A stretch of DNA of 64,000 bases from a virus (IMGVR_UViG_3300029288_000083:30130-94129), one strand, 5' to 3'; numbered from the stretch's first letter, positions 16,934-26,488 are shown. Translations and numbers: made by a program. The notes: generated by a model not told the origin, from the letters alone.

Positions 16934-17452
16934 TCATTTTCTTTTATCTGTTAAATTTAAGAACATTCGCATTTCGCCTTGTGATTTGAATTCTCTATGT
17001 TTTTCAATACATTTATTTTGAACTTTATCAAACTCTATGAATTTTATAATTCCTTGAGAAAATGGATAATCGCTATACACAATACTTACATCAACATCAA
17101 ATTTATTAGATAACGCTCCAAGTTCGGAATACACTTCTAATTGTTCTTTATGTCCATTTGATATTTTTTCATTTCCATGTTTGTATTCGATGATTCTCAA
17201 TTTACGAGAATTTCTGCTATATAAAGATAAATCAATATTTACCATTGATATGTTACGAACATTTGCTTCATCAGCAAATTTATTCAATGGTGACCCAAAA
17301 TTATGTCGTTCCGCTGTTGTCATGTTGTCGATATCAGCAGGATTCATTTCAACATATAATTTAGATAGTTCATCAACTAAAAATTGTTTATTACCTTTTG
17401 AACGACTAATAAGATTTAAAATCCTATTAGTAAACATTTTTTCATTTAGCAT
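16934..17452 (-). CDS. hypothetical protein
   Basis: ORF only. Confidence 0.35.
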   Translation of the reverse strand: MLNEKMFTNRILNLISRSKGNKQFLVDELSKLYVEMNPADIDNMTTAERHNFGSPLNKFADEANVRNISMVNIDLSLYSRNSRKLRIIEYKHGNEKISNGHKEQLEVYSELGALSNKFDVDVSIVYSDYPFSQGIIKFIEFDKVQNKCIEKHREFKSQGEMRMFLNLTDKRK

Positions 17453-18015
17453 TCTGTATTTTTTAATTCGTCTTCAATCAATTTTGCAATTTCAATAGCA
17501 GTATCTCGGTCTGCATCTAAATCCTTGAATTTTATGTTATTCTCAATTAATAAATTTCTTATGATAACTGATAACTCATTACTTTCTTCTTCTGTTTGAT
17601 TACGTCCGTTTGGATTGTAGTCTTTTGTTCTATTAAGAAAAATATTTAATGTCCAATACAAACCGTCTGCTGCAATTACAACTTTTTCTAACGCATCATT
17701 AAAAATTGTTTGTTTCGGATTATCGTTTGTGTTGTATAAACGATTATAAACAGTATTTAATAAAATAGGACTGTCTGTTATCACAACTTCAACTTTACCG
17801 TTTACTCTAAAAATCCTGTGGTGCTGTTTTCCTAACAAATATAATTGGTCTGTCATTGTGTGATGACGTTTCTCCCATACCAATTCTTTTGCAAATTCAG
17901 GAACCATTTCAGAATCAATTTTATCCCACTTTAATGCAGCAAAAGTTTCTGCCATTAATGTTGATTTGCCTGTTCCTGGTGCACCATATAAATTTACGAT
18001 TAATGTCTTTTTCAT
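17446..18015 (-). CDS. P-loop NTPase/kinase-like protein
   Basis: Walker A 'LYGAPGTGKSTL' at the N-terminus. Confidence 0.5.
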   Translation of the reverse strand: MKKTLIVNLYGAPGTGKSTLMAETFAALKWDKIDSEMVPEFAKELVWEKRHHTMTDQLYLLGKQHHRIFRVNGKVEVVITDSPILLNTVYNRLYNTNDNPKQTIFNDALEKVVIAADGLYWTLNIFLNRTKDYNPNGRNQTEEESNELSVIIRNLLIENNIKFKDLDADRDTAIEIAKLIEDELKNTEC

Positions 18016-18018
18016 ATT

Positions 18019-18567
18019 TTAAAAATTAACGTAATAACCGTATTTCTTGTTGCCATAAATTAATTTCAATGATGGATAACGTTCAGTCATGTTTTCGATT
18101 GTTAAATCATCTTGAATATGAATTTCGTGTGTATTGCCGTATGCAATACCTTGTACATAAGAATATGGAACAGCAACTAAACATTTTTGACCTTTTGAAT
18201 TCATTTCATCAATAATTCTTGTTGCATCTTCAATTGTTAAGTGTTCAAGAATGTCACCAAAAATTAAAAATTCGTATTCTGAAAAATCGAAATCAACAAT
18301 GTTAGAATGCGTCACCTTATTATAAATTTCAGATAACTTGTATTTGATAATGTATTTTTCAAACACTTCACAAGCATCAAGTTTATAAGGTGCAAGTAAT
18401 TTCGCGTACGTTCCTTTTCCTGGACCAACGTCTAGAATTTTAGTAATGTTATTTTTTTCAAACGTGTCAATTAAATATTCCTTGACTTGTTTTTTGTATG
18501 ATCCGTAACTTTGCGGCATATTAAAAAATTTAAAGATTAATGTATAACTATTAATTATTATATACAT
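18019..18567 (-). CDS. class I SAM-dependent methyltransferase
   Basis: Motif I 'ILDVGPGKGTYA' and motif 'FLIFGDILEHL'. Confidence 0.6.
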   Translation of the reverse strand: MYIIINSYTLIFKFFNMPQSYGSYKKQVKEYLIDTFEKNNITKILDVGPGKGTYAKLLAPYKLDACEVFEKYIIKYKLSEIYNKVTHSNIVDFDFSEYEFLIFGDILEHLTIEDATRIIDEMNSKGQKCLVAVPYSYVQGIAYGNTHEIHIQDDLTIENMTERYPSLKLIYGNKKYGYYVNF

Positions 18568-18586
18568 TACTAAACTATAGTTTTTG

Positions 18587-18667
18587 TAACCCCTGAGAGA
18601 CTCGAACTCTCACGTCTTTCGACACCGCATCCTAAGTGCGGCGCGTCTACCATTCCGCCAAGGGGCC
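18587..18667 (-). tRNA. tRNA, class II (tentative Leu-TAG)
   Basis: T-arm 'gagagactcgaactctc'. Anticodon arm ccgca/tcctaag/tgcgg. Confidence 0.6.
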
Positions 18668-18816
18668 ATTAGTTAAACAATTCGATTCCTCGATTTTCCC
18701 AGTTCGACCTGGGCCGTTGCATTGCTTGACCTATGCTTTACATTTGTTCCGTCAAGAACAAACAGCTTTAGTCCGAGGAGAAAGCGGCCACTCCGTTCTA
18801 CCTTTTGAATTGTTTG

Positions 18817-18897
18817 TGACCATGAGAGGACTCGAACCTCCACCCCTTTCGGGAGATGCTTCTTAGACACCCGCGTATACCATTCCGCCACATGGCC
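18817..18897 (-). tRNA. tRNA (class II, anticodon unresolved)
   Basis: T-arm 'gaggactcgaacctc'. Acceptor gaccatg/catggcc. Confidence 0.55.
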
Positions 18898-18908
18898 ATT
18901 TTATGTTG

Positions 18909-18980
18909 CTGTCCTTTCAAGATTCGAACTTGAACTACCTGAGTCAAAGTCAGGTGTGTTAACCATTACACTAAAGGACA
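18909..18980 (-). tRNA. tRNA (tentative Gln-TTG)
   Basis: Perfect acceptor tgtcctt/aaggaca. T-arm tcaag/attcgaa/cttga. Anticodon loop CTTTGAC. Confidence 0.65.
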
Positions 18981-18985
18981 ATATG

Positions 18986-19072
18986 TAGCTCAGGTCGGAG
19001 TCGAACCGACACGGACATTTCTGTCCAAAGGATTTTAAGTCCTTCGCGTACTACCAATTTCGCCACTGAGCC
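18986..19072 (-). tRNA. tRNA, class II (tentative Leu-TAA)
   Basis: T-arm gtcgg/agtcgaa/ccgac. Anticodon arm aagga/ttttaag/tcctt. Long variable arm. Confidence 0.6.
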
Positions 19073-19077
19073 AAATG

Positions 19078-19160
19078 TAGCCGGAACGGGACTCGAACCC
19101 GTACGCCCGATGGGCACCGCCTTTTAAGGACGGCGTGTCTACCAGTTCCACCATCCGGCC
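19078..19160 (-). tRNA. tRNA, class II
   Basis: T-arm acggg/actcgaa/cccgt. Acceptor gccggaa/atccggc. Confidence 0.55.
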
Positions 19161-19171
19161 ATTTGTACTTG

Positions 19172-19242
19172 TTGTCCATCAAGGATTCGAACCTTGAAAT
19201 TCAGCTCCAAAAACTGACGTGTTACCATTACACCAATGGACA
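19172..19242 (-). tRNA. tRNA
   Basis: T-arm caagg/attcgaa/ccttg. Acceptor tgtccat/atggaca. Confidence 0.6.
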
Positions 19243-19252
19243 ATATTTTAGA

Positions 19253-19322
19253 TGCCCGTTAAGGATTCGAACCTTAAACGACAGAATCAAAATCTGTAGT
19301 GTTACCGTTACACCAACGGGCA
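19253..19322 (-). tRNA. tRNA (tentative Gln-TTG, second copy)
   Basis: Acceptor tgcccgt/acgggca. Anticodon arm acaga/atcaaaa/tctgt. Confidence 0.6.
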
Positions 19323-19384
19323 ATTTATTTTCAAATATAAACCATTATGAAATGAATAGCAATGGTTTATGAATTAATTTAAAC

Positions 19385-19418
19385 TAAAAAAGCTCGGTCA
19401 ATTTGATTTGACCGAGCT
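19385..19418 (-). terminator. rho-independent terminator
   Basis: 10-bp stem gctcggtcaa/ttgaccgagc preceded by A6 on plus. Confidence 0.5.
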
Positions 19419-19672
19419 CTAAGTATTATAAGATAAATGAAAGTTTACATAATACAGAATCGGCCACAACTTCGTAGTTGTAGTAATTGCAATTGCTGTA
19501 ATAATATGTTAACTGAATTTTTCATTTTAATTTATTCTTTATTGATTTGAATTATTTTATAATTATATACACGAGTTTTAAATAGTTTCAAATTATTTTT
19601 ACCTTTGTGAATTAAATTATTTTTATTATATATTCACGAAGTTTAAAAAGTTTTACACAATTTTAATATTCT

Positions 19673-20341
19673 TTATAAATGTTTAAATCCTGTTTCATCT
19701 AACCAAGTTTTTAAATTTGGTATGCTAGTTCCGTTATAATCTGTACGTGTTGAAAACATGCCAGCGCCATGAGCAGTCATATCTATAATTTTGTTATTCT
19801 TTGTTAAGACTGTCATCCAAATGTTATTCGATAAACTCGGTGTCTCTCCGTGTTTTCGCATAAATGGTTCGTATAATGTGTATGCACCTATTGTGTATGA
19901 TTTGTTACTGATATCTAGCATAAAACTTGTGGACAATATTTTTTCTACTTCTTTCGGCATATTCTTATGCGATTCCGGAATCTCCAATACTTCTGCTAAA
20001 CGTTTTCCCATTTCTAATGGGTTATCGCGTTTATTACATTGAAGACAACCTCTGCTTCCTCTTCTATCTATAGAATAACTAATAAATATTTGGTCATATT
20101 GAATATTGAATCCTATTTCGTTTATTCTATCTTTATCACTGTAAAGAACATCACCTTCTGCATCTATACCAACGTATTGTAATTTCGGAACAGCAGTGGC
20201 CATTACACTTAACACAAAATCAATTGAATCATCTGTTAAATTAAATCTATTCTTATTATGAACAAAGAAGTTCTTTGCTTCGTCAAACGCGCCAGCGCTT
20301 TCGTTCAAGAAATCGTCAAACATGGGTATTCGGTTTTTCAT
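19673..20341 (-). CDS. paralog family member 1 (N-terminal 'IPMFDDFLNES' motif)
   Basis: Shares its N-terminal motif with three tandem neighbours. Confidence 0.45.
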   Translation of the reverse strand: MKNRIPMFDDFLNESAGAFDEAKNFFVHNKNRFNLTDDSIDFVLSVMATAVPKLQYVGIDAEGDVLYSDKDRINEIGFNIQYDQIFISYSIDRRGSRGCLQCNKRDNPLEMGKRLAEVLEIPESHKNMPKEVEKILSTSFMLDISNKSYTIGAYTLYEPFMRKHGETPSLSNNIWMTVLTKNNKIIDMTAHGAGMFSTRTDYNGTSIPNLKTWLDETGFKHL

Positions 20342-20718
20342 ATACTTTGAATTATTTTTATATTAGGTTCGGTTAATAATATCTGATAACCTAACCGTTC
20401 ACTCTCTTTGTTGAATTGCAAACCAAGATTCATTAAGAATTCCTCAAATTCATTAGATTTTGAGGAATCTTCAATATCAACATTTACATATGTTTTCCAA
20501 TCAGATACAAATTGAAAAGGTTTATTTCTGAATTTTTCACCTAACTTATTTGCAATCATTTCGGCAGCTGCAGCAATTTCACTTGATGGCCGTTCAACAG
20601 AATCAATAGTATTTAGTCCGCTTTGCTTTTTTATGTCGTCGCCCATGGATGTAAACAATCTATCGTATCCAAAAGTTGTAGTTACAAATTCGTTAAGTGT
20701 TGGAATTCTTCTTTTCAT
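20338..20718 (-). CDS. paralog family member 2 (N-terminal 'IPTLNEFV')
   Basis: Shared N-terminal motif. 4-nt overlaps with neighbours. Confidence 0.4.
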   Translation of the reverse strand: MKRRIPTLNEFVTTTFGYDRLFTSMGDDIKKQSGLNTIDSVERPSSEIAAAAEMIANKLGEKFRNKPFQFVSDWKTYVNVDIEDSSKSNEFEEFLMNLGLQFNKESERLGYQILLTEPNIKIIQSI

Positions 20719-21776
20719 TATTGTTTTTTTAACGCTTCTAAGTAATTTGGATAAATAAAATTTGTATCTTTTGATACATCAACTTTAGGTAAGCACCAAG
20801 CAAATACTTTTTGTATAATTTTTGCTGCTTCTTCAGCTTCTTTTAATGTTAAGCATTCACCAATAACTGTACTATCTTTTATTACTCTGTATGTATAAAT
20901 TGGCAATGCAATTTTTCCTATTGAATTGAAAGGTTCCCCTCTTGTTTCAATTTTAAATTTTTTGATTGTTGCGTCATATTGTTTATGAAATGCATCAACA
21001 AGTGTTGGATCCATTGGGTCTGCTGCTTCAAATACTTCGCCTTCGTTTTTTGCATTCAATTTATCTGCAGCAGTTTGTGCTTCAGCTTCTGTTTTATATC
21101 TAACAGATCCCGTTTTATCTTTGCCAGCGTTTTTGCTTGCATGTTTTACAACGTATTTATGTGATGGCATTGATAGACTTACAAAATAAACTCTATTGTC
21201 ATCAACAGATTCTTCAATATCAACAACTTCTTCAAAATCTTCAGATTCTCTAAGAATGTATTTATCACCAATGAATATTGCTGAATGATTTTCACCAGCT
21301 TCATTTTTAAAATCAAATCCGTAAACTGTTTCATTCCAAAATTGCGTGATTTCAGTTACAACGCCTTTCATTCCCATGATGTCAACAATTGCACCAGGAA
21401 CAATTGATGCAGTTCCTGTAGATTCTGCAACAGTTGTATCTTCAGCTTTTGCTTGATATGCTTTTAACGAATCAATAGTTTTTCTTACGCTGTTAGTTAT
21501 TTCAATAACTTTGTATGACATTCCATAATAACTTTTCTCGCCTGGCGATAATGTTTTGTTTCTGCGTTTCTTTGTTTCAACCATTGCATCTTTATCATCG
21601 CCTGTTTCGACAATACATCCTTGGTCTCTTCCGACAAACACCGGATATGATATATTTCCTCTGCCGATTGAACCGCCCATGCAAACAAGTGCATATTTAT
21701 TATCGAGATTTATTTCACCCTCATTTACTGCTGATTCATTGATGAATTCATCTAAACTTTTAAATCTTTGTTTCAT
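20718..21776 (-). CDS. paralog family member 3 (N-terminal 'KSLDEFINESAVNEG')
   Basis: Shared N-terminal motif. 352 aa. Confidence 0.45.
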   Translation of the reverse strand: MKQRFKSLDEFINESAVNEGEINLDNKYALVCMGGSIGRGNISYPVFVGRDQGCIVETGDDKDAMVETKKRRNKTLSPGEKSYYGMSYKVIEITNSVRKTIDSLKAYQAKAEDTTVAESTGTASIVPGAIVDIMGMKGVVTEITQFWNETVYGFDFKNEAGENHSAIFIGDKYILRESEDFEEVVDIEESVDDNRVYFVSLSMPSHKYVVKHASKNAGKDKTGSVRYKTEAEAQTAADKLNAKNEGEVFEAADPMDPTLVDAFHKQYDATIKKFKIETRGEPFNSIGKIALPIYTYRVIKDSTVIGECLTLKEAEEAAKIIQKVFAWCLPKVDVSKDTNFIYPNYLEALKKQ

Positions 21777-21788
21777 GTCTTTATTTTT

Positions 21789-22247
21789 TTATACGTTAAT
21801 GTCATTGCTTTTGCTTGCATTGAATCTTGTTTGTTCTTCTTTTAATTTTCTTTTATATGTTGATTTACATATATTTATTATTTCATCAAGTGTTGTGTAT
21901 GTTCCTATCAATTCAAATTTATTATCTTTAATATAATCACTTATTGGAAAGCTTTCCCATTCATCTACATTAATGCCAAATCGTATTTCTTTTGTTGACA
22001 TATTAATAACAAACACAAATTCACCAACTTCTTTAAATTTTGCAATTGTTGGTTGAAATGAATAGTCCATTCGTACTGCACACCAAGGATTCGACGCTGT
22101 AAGTTTTGTGAATCTTATAAATTTTGCATGTAGCCCAGTTTTTAGCGCTGCTGCCATTGTTGGTCCAGTCTTGGGACACATTTCTTCAGGTGTCAATTTT
22201 TTTGATTCATTTATGAATTCGTCTAATGATAAAAATCTTTTTTCCAT
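21789..22247 (-). CDS. paralog family member 4 (N-terminal 'LSLDEFINESKKL')
   Basis: Shared N-terminal motif. Confidence 0.45.
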   Translation of the reverse strand: MEKRFLSLDEFINESKKLTPEEMCPKTGPTMAAALKTGLHAKFIRFTKLTASNPWCAVRMDYSFQPTIAKFKEVGEFVFVINMSTKEIRFGINVDEWESFPISDYIKDNKFELIGTYTTLDEIINICKSTYKRKLKEEQTRFNASKSNDINV

Positions 22248-22579
22248 TAATTTTTTGTTTTATTATATATTCTTACAATTAATGCATAAAAAAAGGTTAA
22301 CCATTTCTGATTAACCCTTTTGTCGAAATTATTCATCGGCATTCTACCGAATACGTGCGGCTGACTAATCACAACCTAGTAACACACGATGGCATTAGTC
22401 ACGTAATACACCTAAGATTTAAACAATTTCTTTTACATCCGTTTCTGTATACCTTTGAATTCATTGCCCTGGTAGAGGCGAGATATCGGACGAAGGATAA
22501 TTGCTTACCCTATAATCATTTGAATTTCTTGGCATGTGTTTAATCAAAAACATTGTTTCATTCGTGTCCAAATGATTAG

Positions 22580-22653
22580 AGCAGAAGACGGGGAACGATC
22601 CCGCAACCTCGACCTTGGCAAGGTCGCGCTCTACCAATTGAGCTACTTCTGCA
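22580..22653 (-). tRNA. tRNA (tentative Gly-GCC)
   Basis: Perfect acceptor gcagaag/cttctgc. D-arm gctctaccaattgagc. Anticodon arm cgacc/ttggcaa/ggtcg. Confidence 0.55.
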
Positions 22654-22927
22654 TTTCTTCTTCGATGCAATCATCAATAAATTTTGCAACTTCAGAATTT
22701 TTTGATGAACGTGTAATTCGATATTTATGTTCACCGGAACAACAATAACAACTACATGGAACACTTTGCGTTCTCATCCATACGTCACGTTCGCCATTGA
22801 ATACTTTTTGCAAATATTCTGCATATCTAATATGTTTACTACACAATATGCCATGCCATATTTTTACGCGACGAATAATATGACTTCTTTTTTGCTCTCT
22901 TCTAAGAGCTCTTTTGTAATTTTTCAT
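22643..22927 (-). CDS. hypothetical Cys-rich small protein
   Basis: ORF with a 'CSCYCCSGEH' cluster. Low confidence. Confidence 0.25.
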   Translation of the reverse strand: MKNYKRALRREQKRSHIIRRVKIWHGILCSKHIRYAEYLQKVFNGERDVWMRTQSVPCSCYCCSGEHKYRITRSSKNSEVAKFIDDCIEEEMQK

Positions 22928-23214
22928 GTCCTTTTACTTTTTAAAGTTATAGGTCATCAGCAGATACAAACGGACCTTGTATCTACCTCAAAACCTAAGG
23001 ACGGCTTTATTTCTTTTCATCTTTTAAAAATTTTAATTTCAATTTTGCTTTATCGTATTTTTGTTTTGTCTTTTCGTATTCTTCTTTTGTTACATTAGAT
23101 TTGAAATTCTCACTTTGCAACTTCTTTAATAAAAATGCAACATAAGCAGTTTCTTGTTCAACTAAATTAACTTTCGGTTTATTCTTTTTCATAACAAAAT
23201 TTTGTAGCCGCAGT

Positions 23215-23286
23215 AGGGGTCGAACCTACATCAACCGGTTCGAAGCCGGACATGCTATCCATTGCACCATGCAGCCGTTTAATGAA
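23215..23286 (-). tRNA. tRNA
   Basis: T-arm gtagg/ggtcgaa/cctac. Acceptor with wobble pairs. Confidence 0.5.
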
Positions 23287-23971
23287 TTCTTTTATAACAG
23301 TTTTCTTCATAAAACGCATTCATATATCGTTTCATCCATCTATTTACCTTTTGCGGTTTTATATTTATTATAACCGCAATTTTTGACACCCAACCAAATT
23401 TTTTAAAATCTATATCAGTTTTTTTTATGATTTCTATAATATCTTTATATTTTTCTTTGTTTTGTTCAAATACTGCATTTGCGTAATCATTTCGATTACC
23501 GTACTTGTGTCGTTTAAATTCTTTCAATACGTCATCAATATTGTATTTTCTATACGATCTATTTGAATTTATAAATTCTTCAAATAATTTGAATTCTGCA
23601 TCAGGATTGTTTAAAAAATCTTTTGCCGCTATTCTATAAACTATCCATCCATTTTCAATTAGAATATTGTCTCTTCTATTATCATATTCTATATTTGCTG
23701 CTGTTCTGTAATGCTGTATCCCATCAATTTCTATATCACATTTTAAATCAATTAAACCGAAATCCAAGAAAAAACCGTATGCTGGAAATTGATCTTGTAT
23801 ACTATATTTTTCATAATATCCATTATTTCTCAGAAATCCTTCAAATAATTTTTCTGGATAACTTCTGTTGTTTCTATTTGCTTTAGACCATCCAGGATGC
23901 CGACCTTCTGCGTGCACCTTTTTCATAGATACAGAAATTTTTTCTCTTGTCTTATTTGAAAGAACTTTCAT
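23279..23971 (-). CDS. DUF559/Vsr-like endonuclease-domain protein (homing-endonuclease-like)
   Basis: 'GFFLDFGLIDLKCDIEIDGIQHYRTAANIEYDNRRDNILIENGWIVYRI' resembles the DUF559 restriction-endonuclease-like fold. The C-terminal segment 'FGWVSKIAVIINIKPQKVNRWMKRY' is shared with HNH gene 26489..27067. Confidence 0.45.
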   Translation of the reverse strand: MKVLSNKTREKISVSMKKVHAEGRHPGWSKANRNNRSYPEKLFEGFLRNNGYYEKYSIQDQFPAYGFFLDFGLIDLKCDIEIDGIQHYRTAANIEYDNRRDNILIENGWIVYRIAAKDFLNNPDAEFKLFEEFINSNRSYRKYNIDDVLKEFKRHKYGNRNDYANAVFEQNKEKYKDIIEIIKKTDIDFKKFGWVSKIAVIINIKPQKVNRWMKRYMNAFYEENCYKRIH

Positions 23972-24019
23972 ATATTTTTATTTATATATTTATTTCGAAC
24001 CTTCATATTTACAAAGCTG

Positions 24020-24091
24020 TAGTCCCAATGCGACTCGAACGCATATCTATGGTTTCGTAGACCATTGTTCTATCCATTGAACTATGGGACC
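24020..24091 (-). tRNA. tRNA (tentative Arg-ACG)
   Basis: T-arm atgcg/actcgaa/cgcat. Anticodon arm atggt/ttcgtag/accat. Confidence 0.55.
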
Positions 24092-24096
24092 AAAAT

Positions 24097-24300
24097 TTAT
24101 ATTTTTATAACCTGTGCATATGTTTGTTTAAATTCTTTTGTATCAATTTCGCCATCGCTACGTATAATAGATAATTTCAATTGCTTTTCAGTCATTGACT
24201 TTACTATGCATTTTCTAAATTCTCTGTAACCAAGCAAAACAGCAATAACAGTATCACCTACTGAAATTTCTTTTCCTAAATAATCAATTCCTTTTTCCAT
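24097..24300 (-). CDS. hypothetical small protein
   Basis: ORF between tRNAs. Confidence 0.25.
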   Translation of the reverse strand: MEKGIDYLGKEISVGDTVIAVLLGYREFRKCIVKSMTEKQLKLSIIRSDGEIDTKEFKQTYAQVIKI

Positions 24301-24370
24301 TTATTTATTTATTAAAAACAAATATACAACATTATAAAGGCAATAGCAATATATATGCTATTTATTTTCG

Positions 24371-24460
24371 AGAAATTGGTTGGATTCGAACCAACGATTC
24401 CTTTATGGAATACCGGCTTCCGCCAGCGCATTAAGCCACTCTGCCACAAAATCAATTTAG
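24371..24460 (-). tRNA. tRNA, class II (anticodon unresolved)
   Basis: T-arm gttgg/attcgaa/ccaac. About 90 nt long. Confidence 0.4.
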
Positions 24461-24547
24461 AGGAAGCTACGAGATTCGAACTCGTGGACCGTTTTACCGG
24501 CCACTTGCTTTCCAAGCAAGCACTATCGACCGCTCTGTCAAACTTCC
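24461..24547 (-). tRNA. tRNA, class II (tentative Ser-GGA)
   Basis: T-arm acgag/attcgaa/ctcgt. Anticodon arm cttgc/tttccaa/gcaag. Variable arm ggaccgttttaccggcc. Confidence 0.6.
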
Positions 24548-24548
24548 A

Positions 24549-24854
24549 TTATTTTACTTTCTTTTGCTTCTTATGCCATTCAATATACTTTTGAATTTTT
24601 TCATTTTCTAAAAGTTTTTCAATTGAATTGTAATGTTCTGCAAGTTCTTTTTCTGTAAAGAAATGATGAACTGTTTTATGACAATGATATTTGCAAATCC
24701 ATGCGCCATAATTGCTCATGTAATCTTTATCGTACTTTCTTTCAAATTTTCCTTTACCGTGAACGAACTTTGGTATCAAATGATGAAAGTTTAAATACGT
24801 ATCATCACGTCCGCATAATTCGCATTTTTCAGGTTTATCTTGTTTCTTTTCCAT
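24549..24854 (-). CDS. HNH endonuclease
   Basis: 'CELCGRDDTYLNFHHLIPK…WICKYHCHKTVHH' is an HNH-like motif with Cys/His ligands. Confidence 0.55.
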   Translation of the reverse strand: MEKKQDKPEKCELCGRDDTYLNFHHLIPKFVHGKGKFERKYDKDYMSNYGAWICKYHCHKTVHHFFTEKELAEHYNSIEKLLENEKIQKYIEWHKKQKKVK

Positions 24855-24868
24855 TTAAACAATTTTTG

Positions 24869-24943
24869 TAAAGTGTACTGGATTTGAACCAGTGACTTCT
24901 ACCATGTCGAGGTAGCACTCTGACCAGACTGAGTTAACACCTT
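24869..24943 (-). tRNA. tRNA (tentative Val-GAC)
   Basis: T-arm actgg/atttgaa/ccagt. Anticodon arm ctacc/atgtcga/ggtag. Confidence 0.6.
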
Positions 24944-25075
24944 ATGTTGAAATCATACGGGAATCGAACCCTTCTTCCCTCGAGGAATCACCTAGACTCT
25001 GATTTCAATGTTGTTTATAACAATCATTATGTAACATTTATGCTATTAATGATTGTTATCTCATACATTAATTTG

Positions 25076-25147
25076 AGCAAGATATGAGATTCGGACTCAC
25101 GACCCCTACGTTGGCAACGTAATGCTCTACCGCTGAGCTAATCTTGC
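25076..25147 (-). tRNA. tRNA (tentative Gly-GCC)
   Basis: T-arm atgag/attcgga/ctcac. Anticodon loop ttggcaa. Confidence 0.45.
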
Positions 25148-25228
25148 ATGGGCCTGTCTCTCCAAGCTTGTCACCTTACCATCTCATTTATTTGAATTTC
25201 GCTGGGGAAGGTCCCGACGACTTACAAC

Positions 25229-25984
25229 TTAAAATTTCATTTTTCTTCCTTTATGCCACCCCAAAGGAATTTCATCTTCTTTTTTAATTTTTTTATTTTG
25301 TTTCAATTCTGAATTGTGAATCCACATAGAACCGTATTGTGATGATTCTTTGCCAACATATCTTGCTTTTAATTTATCTGATATTTTTTTCTTCGTTGAT
25401 TCAGTATGCAAAATATCTTTCCGTATTCCTGTATACTTGTCAGAATTTATAAATTCATCCACTGTTATTCTTTTCATTACACCAAATTCATCTCGCACAA
25501 CAACTGTTCCTTTTGTGTGATGCTGCAATATGCCATTCAAATATAAATCATTTTTTGTTTCAATATAATGGCATACGCCATTATCATCTCTTGCATATAC
25601 ATATCCAATATTTCCTTTCGTTGCACCAATAAGTTCGCCGGCTAAGTATCTGGCGTCATGTATTGAAACTTGATATATTTTTCCATTTGCATCTTTTACA
25701 GTTGCTGTGCCAACTGTGTGAAATCCCTTATTAGGAATATAGTAATTTTCATTTAGAGGATCATCAATGAACTTTGCAATTTCGTCTGATTCAAACTTTA
25801 TTGCATCCTCTCTGCAAATAAAGTCATCCTTAAGTATTTCTTTTTTCAATTTTGTTTTGTCTGGTTTCCATACAGACATTGAACCTAAATAATTATCTAA
25901 TCTAGGATGAACTTTAGAACTTCTTGAACCTATATAGAATTGTTTTGTTTCTATATGTTCAATTCGATATACGTAATGATGCAT
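25229..25984 (-). CDS. GIY-YIG homing endonuclease
   Basis: 'YVYRIEHIETKQFYIGSRS' (GIY…YIG). C-terminal NUMOD-like 'WIHNSELKQNKKIKKEDEIPLGWHKGRKMKF' is shared with 40648..41295. Confidence 0.7.
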   Translation of the reverse strand: MHHYVYRIEHIETKQFYIGSRSSKVHPRLDNYLGSMSVWKPDKTKLKKEILKDDFICREDAIKFESDEIAKFIDDPLNENYYIPNKGFHTVGTATVKDANGKIYQVSIHDARYLAGELIGATKGNIGYVYARDDNGVCHYIETKNDLYLNGILQHHTKGTVVVRDEFGVMKRITVDEFINSDKYTGIRKDILHTESTKKKISDKLKARYVGKESSQYGSMWIHNSELKQNKKIKKEDEIPLGWHKGRKMKF

Positions 25985-26059
25985 AAATTATTTTTATTTA
26001 TATATCAATGTGTTTGAGTTTCATTAATGAAACTCAAACACATATCCCGCAATAATTGG

Positions 26060-26131
26060 AGCAGGTGAACGGATTCGAACCGTCGTCCTCTGATTGGAAG
26101 TCAGAAACACTAACCACTGTGCTACACCTGC
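26060..26131 (-). tRNA. tRNA (tentative Gly-TCC)
   Basis: Perfect acceptor gcaggtg/cacctgc. Anticodon arm tctga/ttggaag/tcaga. Confidence 0.6.
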
Positions 26132-26412
26132 ATTAAACAAACTGAGCGTGCCCAGGATTCTGTTTTATATCATCATTTATCTATTGGCCGAAACCCGAAT
26201 ATCATTGAGTTGCTTTCCCTCTAATTCTGTTTTCGTTGCAACCTCCGCAGTAATATCGAAATAAATTCTCCTGCGTCTAGCAAAGTTGTCCTGAAGTTCC
26301 TCTCCGTAGAGCGATGATTCCTCTTGTTTGTTTGGGCTGTTGATATGATTTGCGCATACTTTACAATTGACTGTCACCCTCCTAATGGGGCCGTTTAACA
26401 ACAACCATGAGA

Positions 26413-26484
26413 GCCTTGTTACGGATTCGAACCGCAGTTTCCTGATTACAAGTCAGGAGTAATTGACCAACTATACGAACAAGG
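26413..26484 (-). tRNA. tRNA (tentative Thr-TGT), copy 1
   Basis: Perfect acceptor ccttgtt/aacaagg. Anticodon arm cctga/ttacaag/tcagg. Identical to 28700..28771. Confidence 0.65.
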
Positions 26485-26488
26485 CAAT

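Noticed and set aside
18636-18891. ORFs 18636..18866 (+) and 18673..18891 (-), and similar ORFs at 22461..22764, 24312..24594, 27216..27437, 28550..28839, 36480..36671, 37649..37870, 38982..39191, 40224..40406 and 41412..41594
   Set aside because: Each overlaps one or more tRNA genes. Their translations are dominated by tRNA stem sequences. No supporting spacing or motifs.
22330-22450. Inverted repeat gactaat…attagtc (7-bp stem, 24-nt loop) as a tRNA or terminator
   Set aside because: No T-arm or acceptor pairing. Loop too large, and no U-run for a terminator. Possibly a regulatory hairpin but unsupported.
24950-25075. Possible additional interrupted tRNA upstream of tRNA 25076..25147 (T-arm-like 'cgggaatcgaaccc' plus hairpin ttataacaatcatt/aatgattgttat)
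   Set aside because: Could not find complementary acceptor halves. The hairpin lacks the TTGCTG…AATCTTT…CAGATT motif of the other inserts. May be a tRNA remnant.
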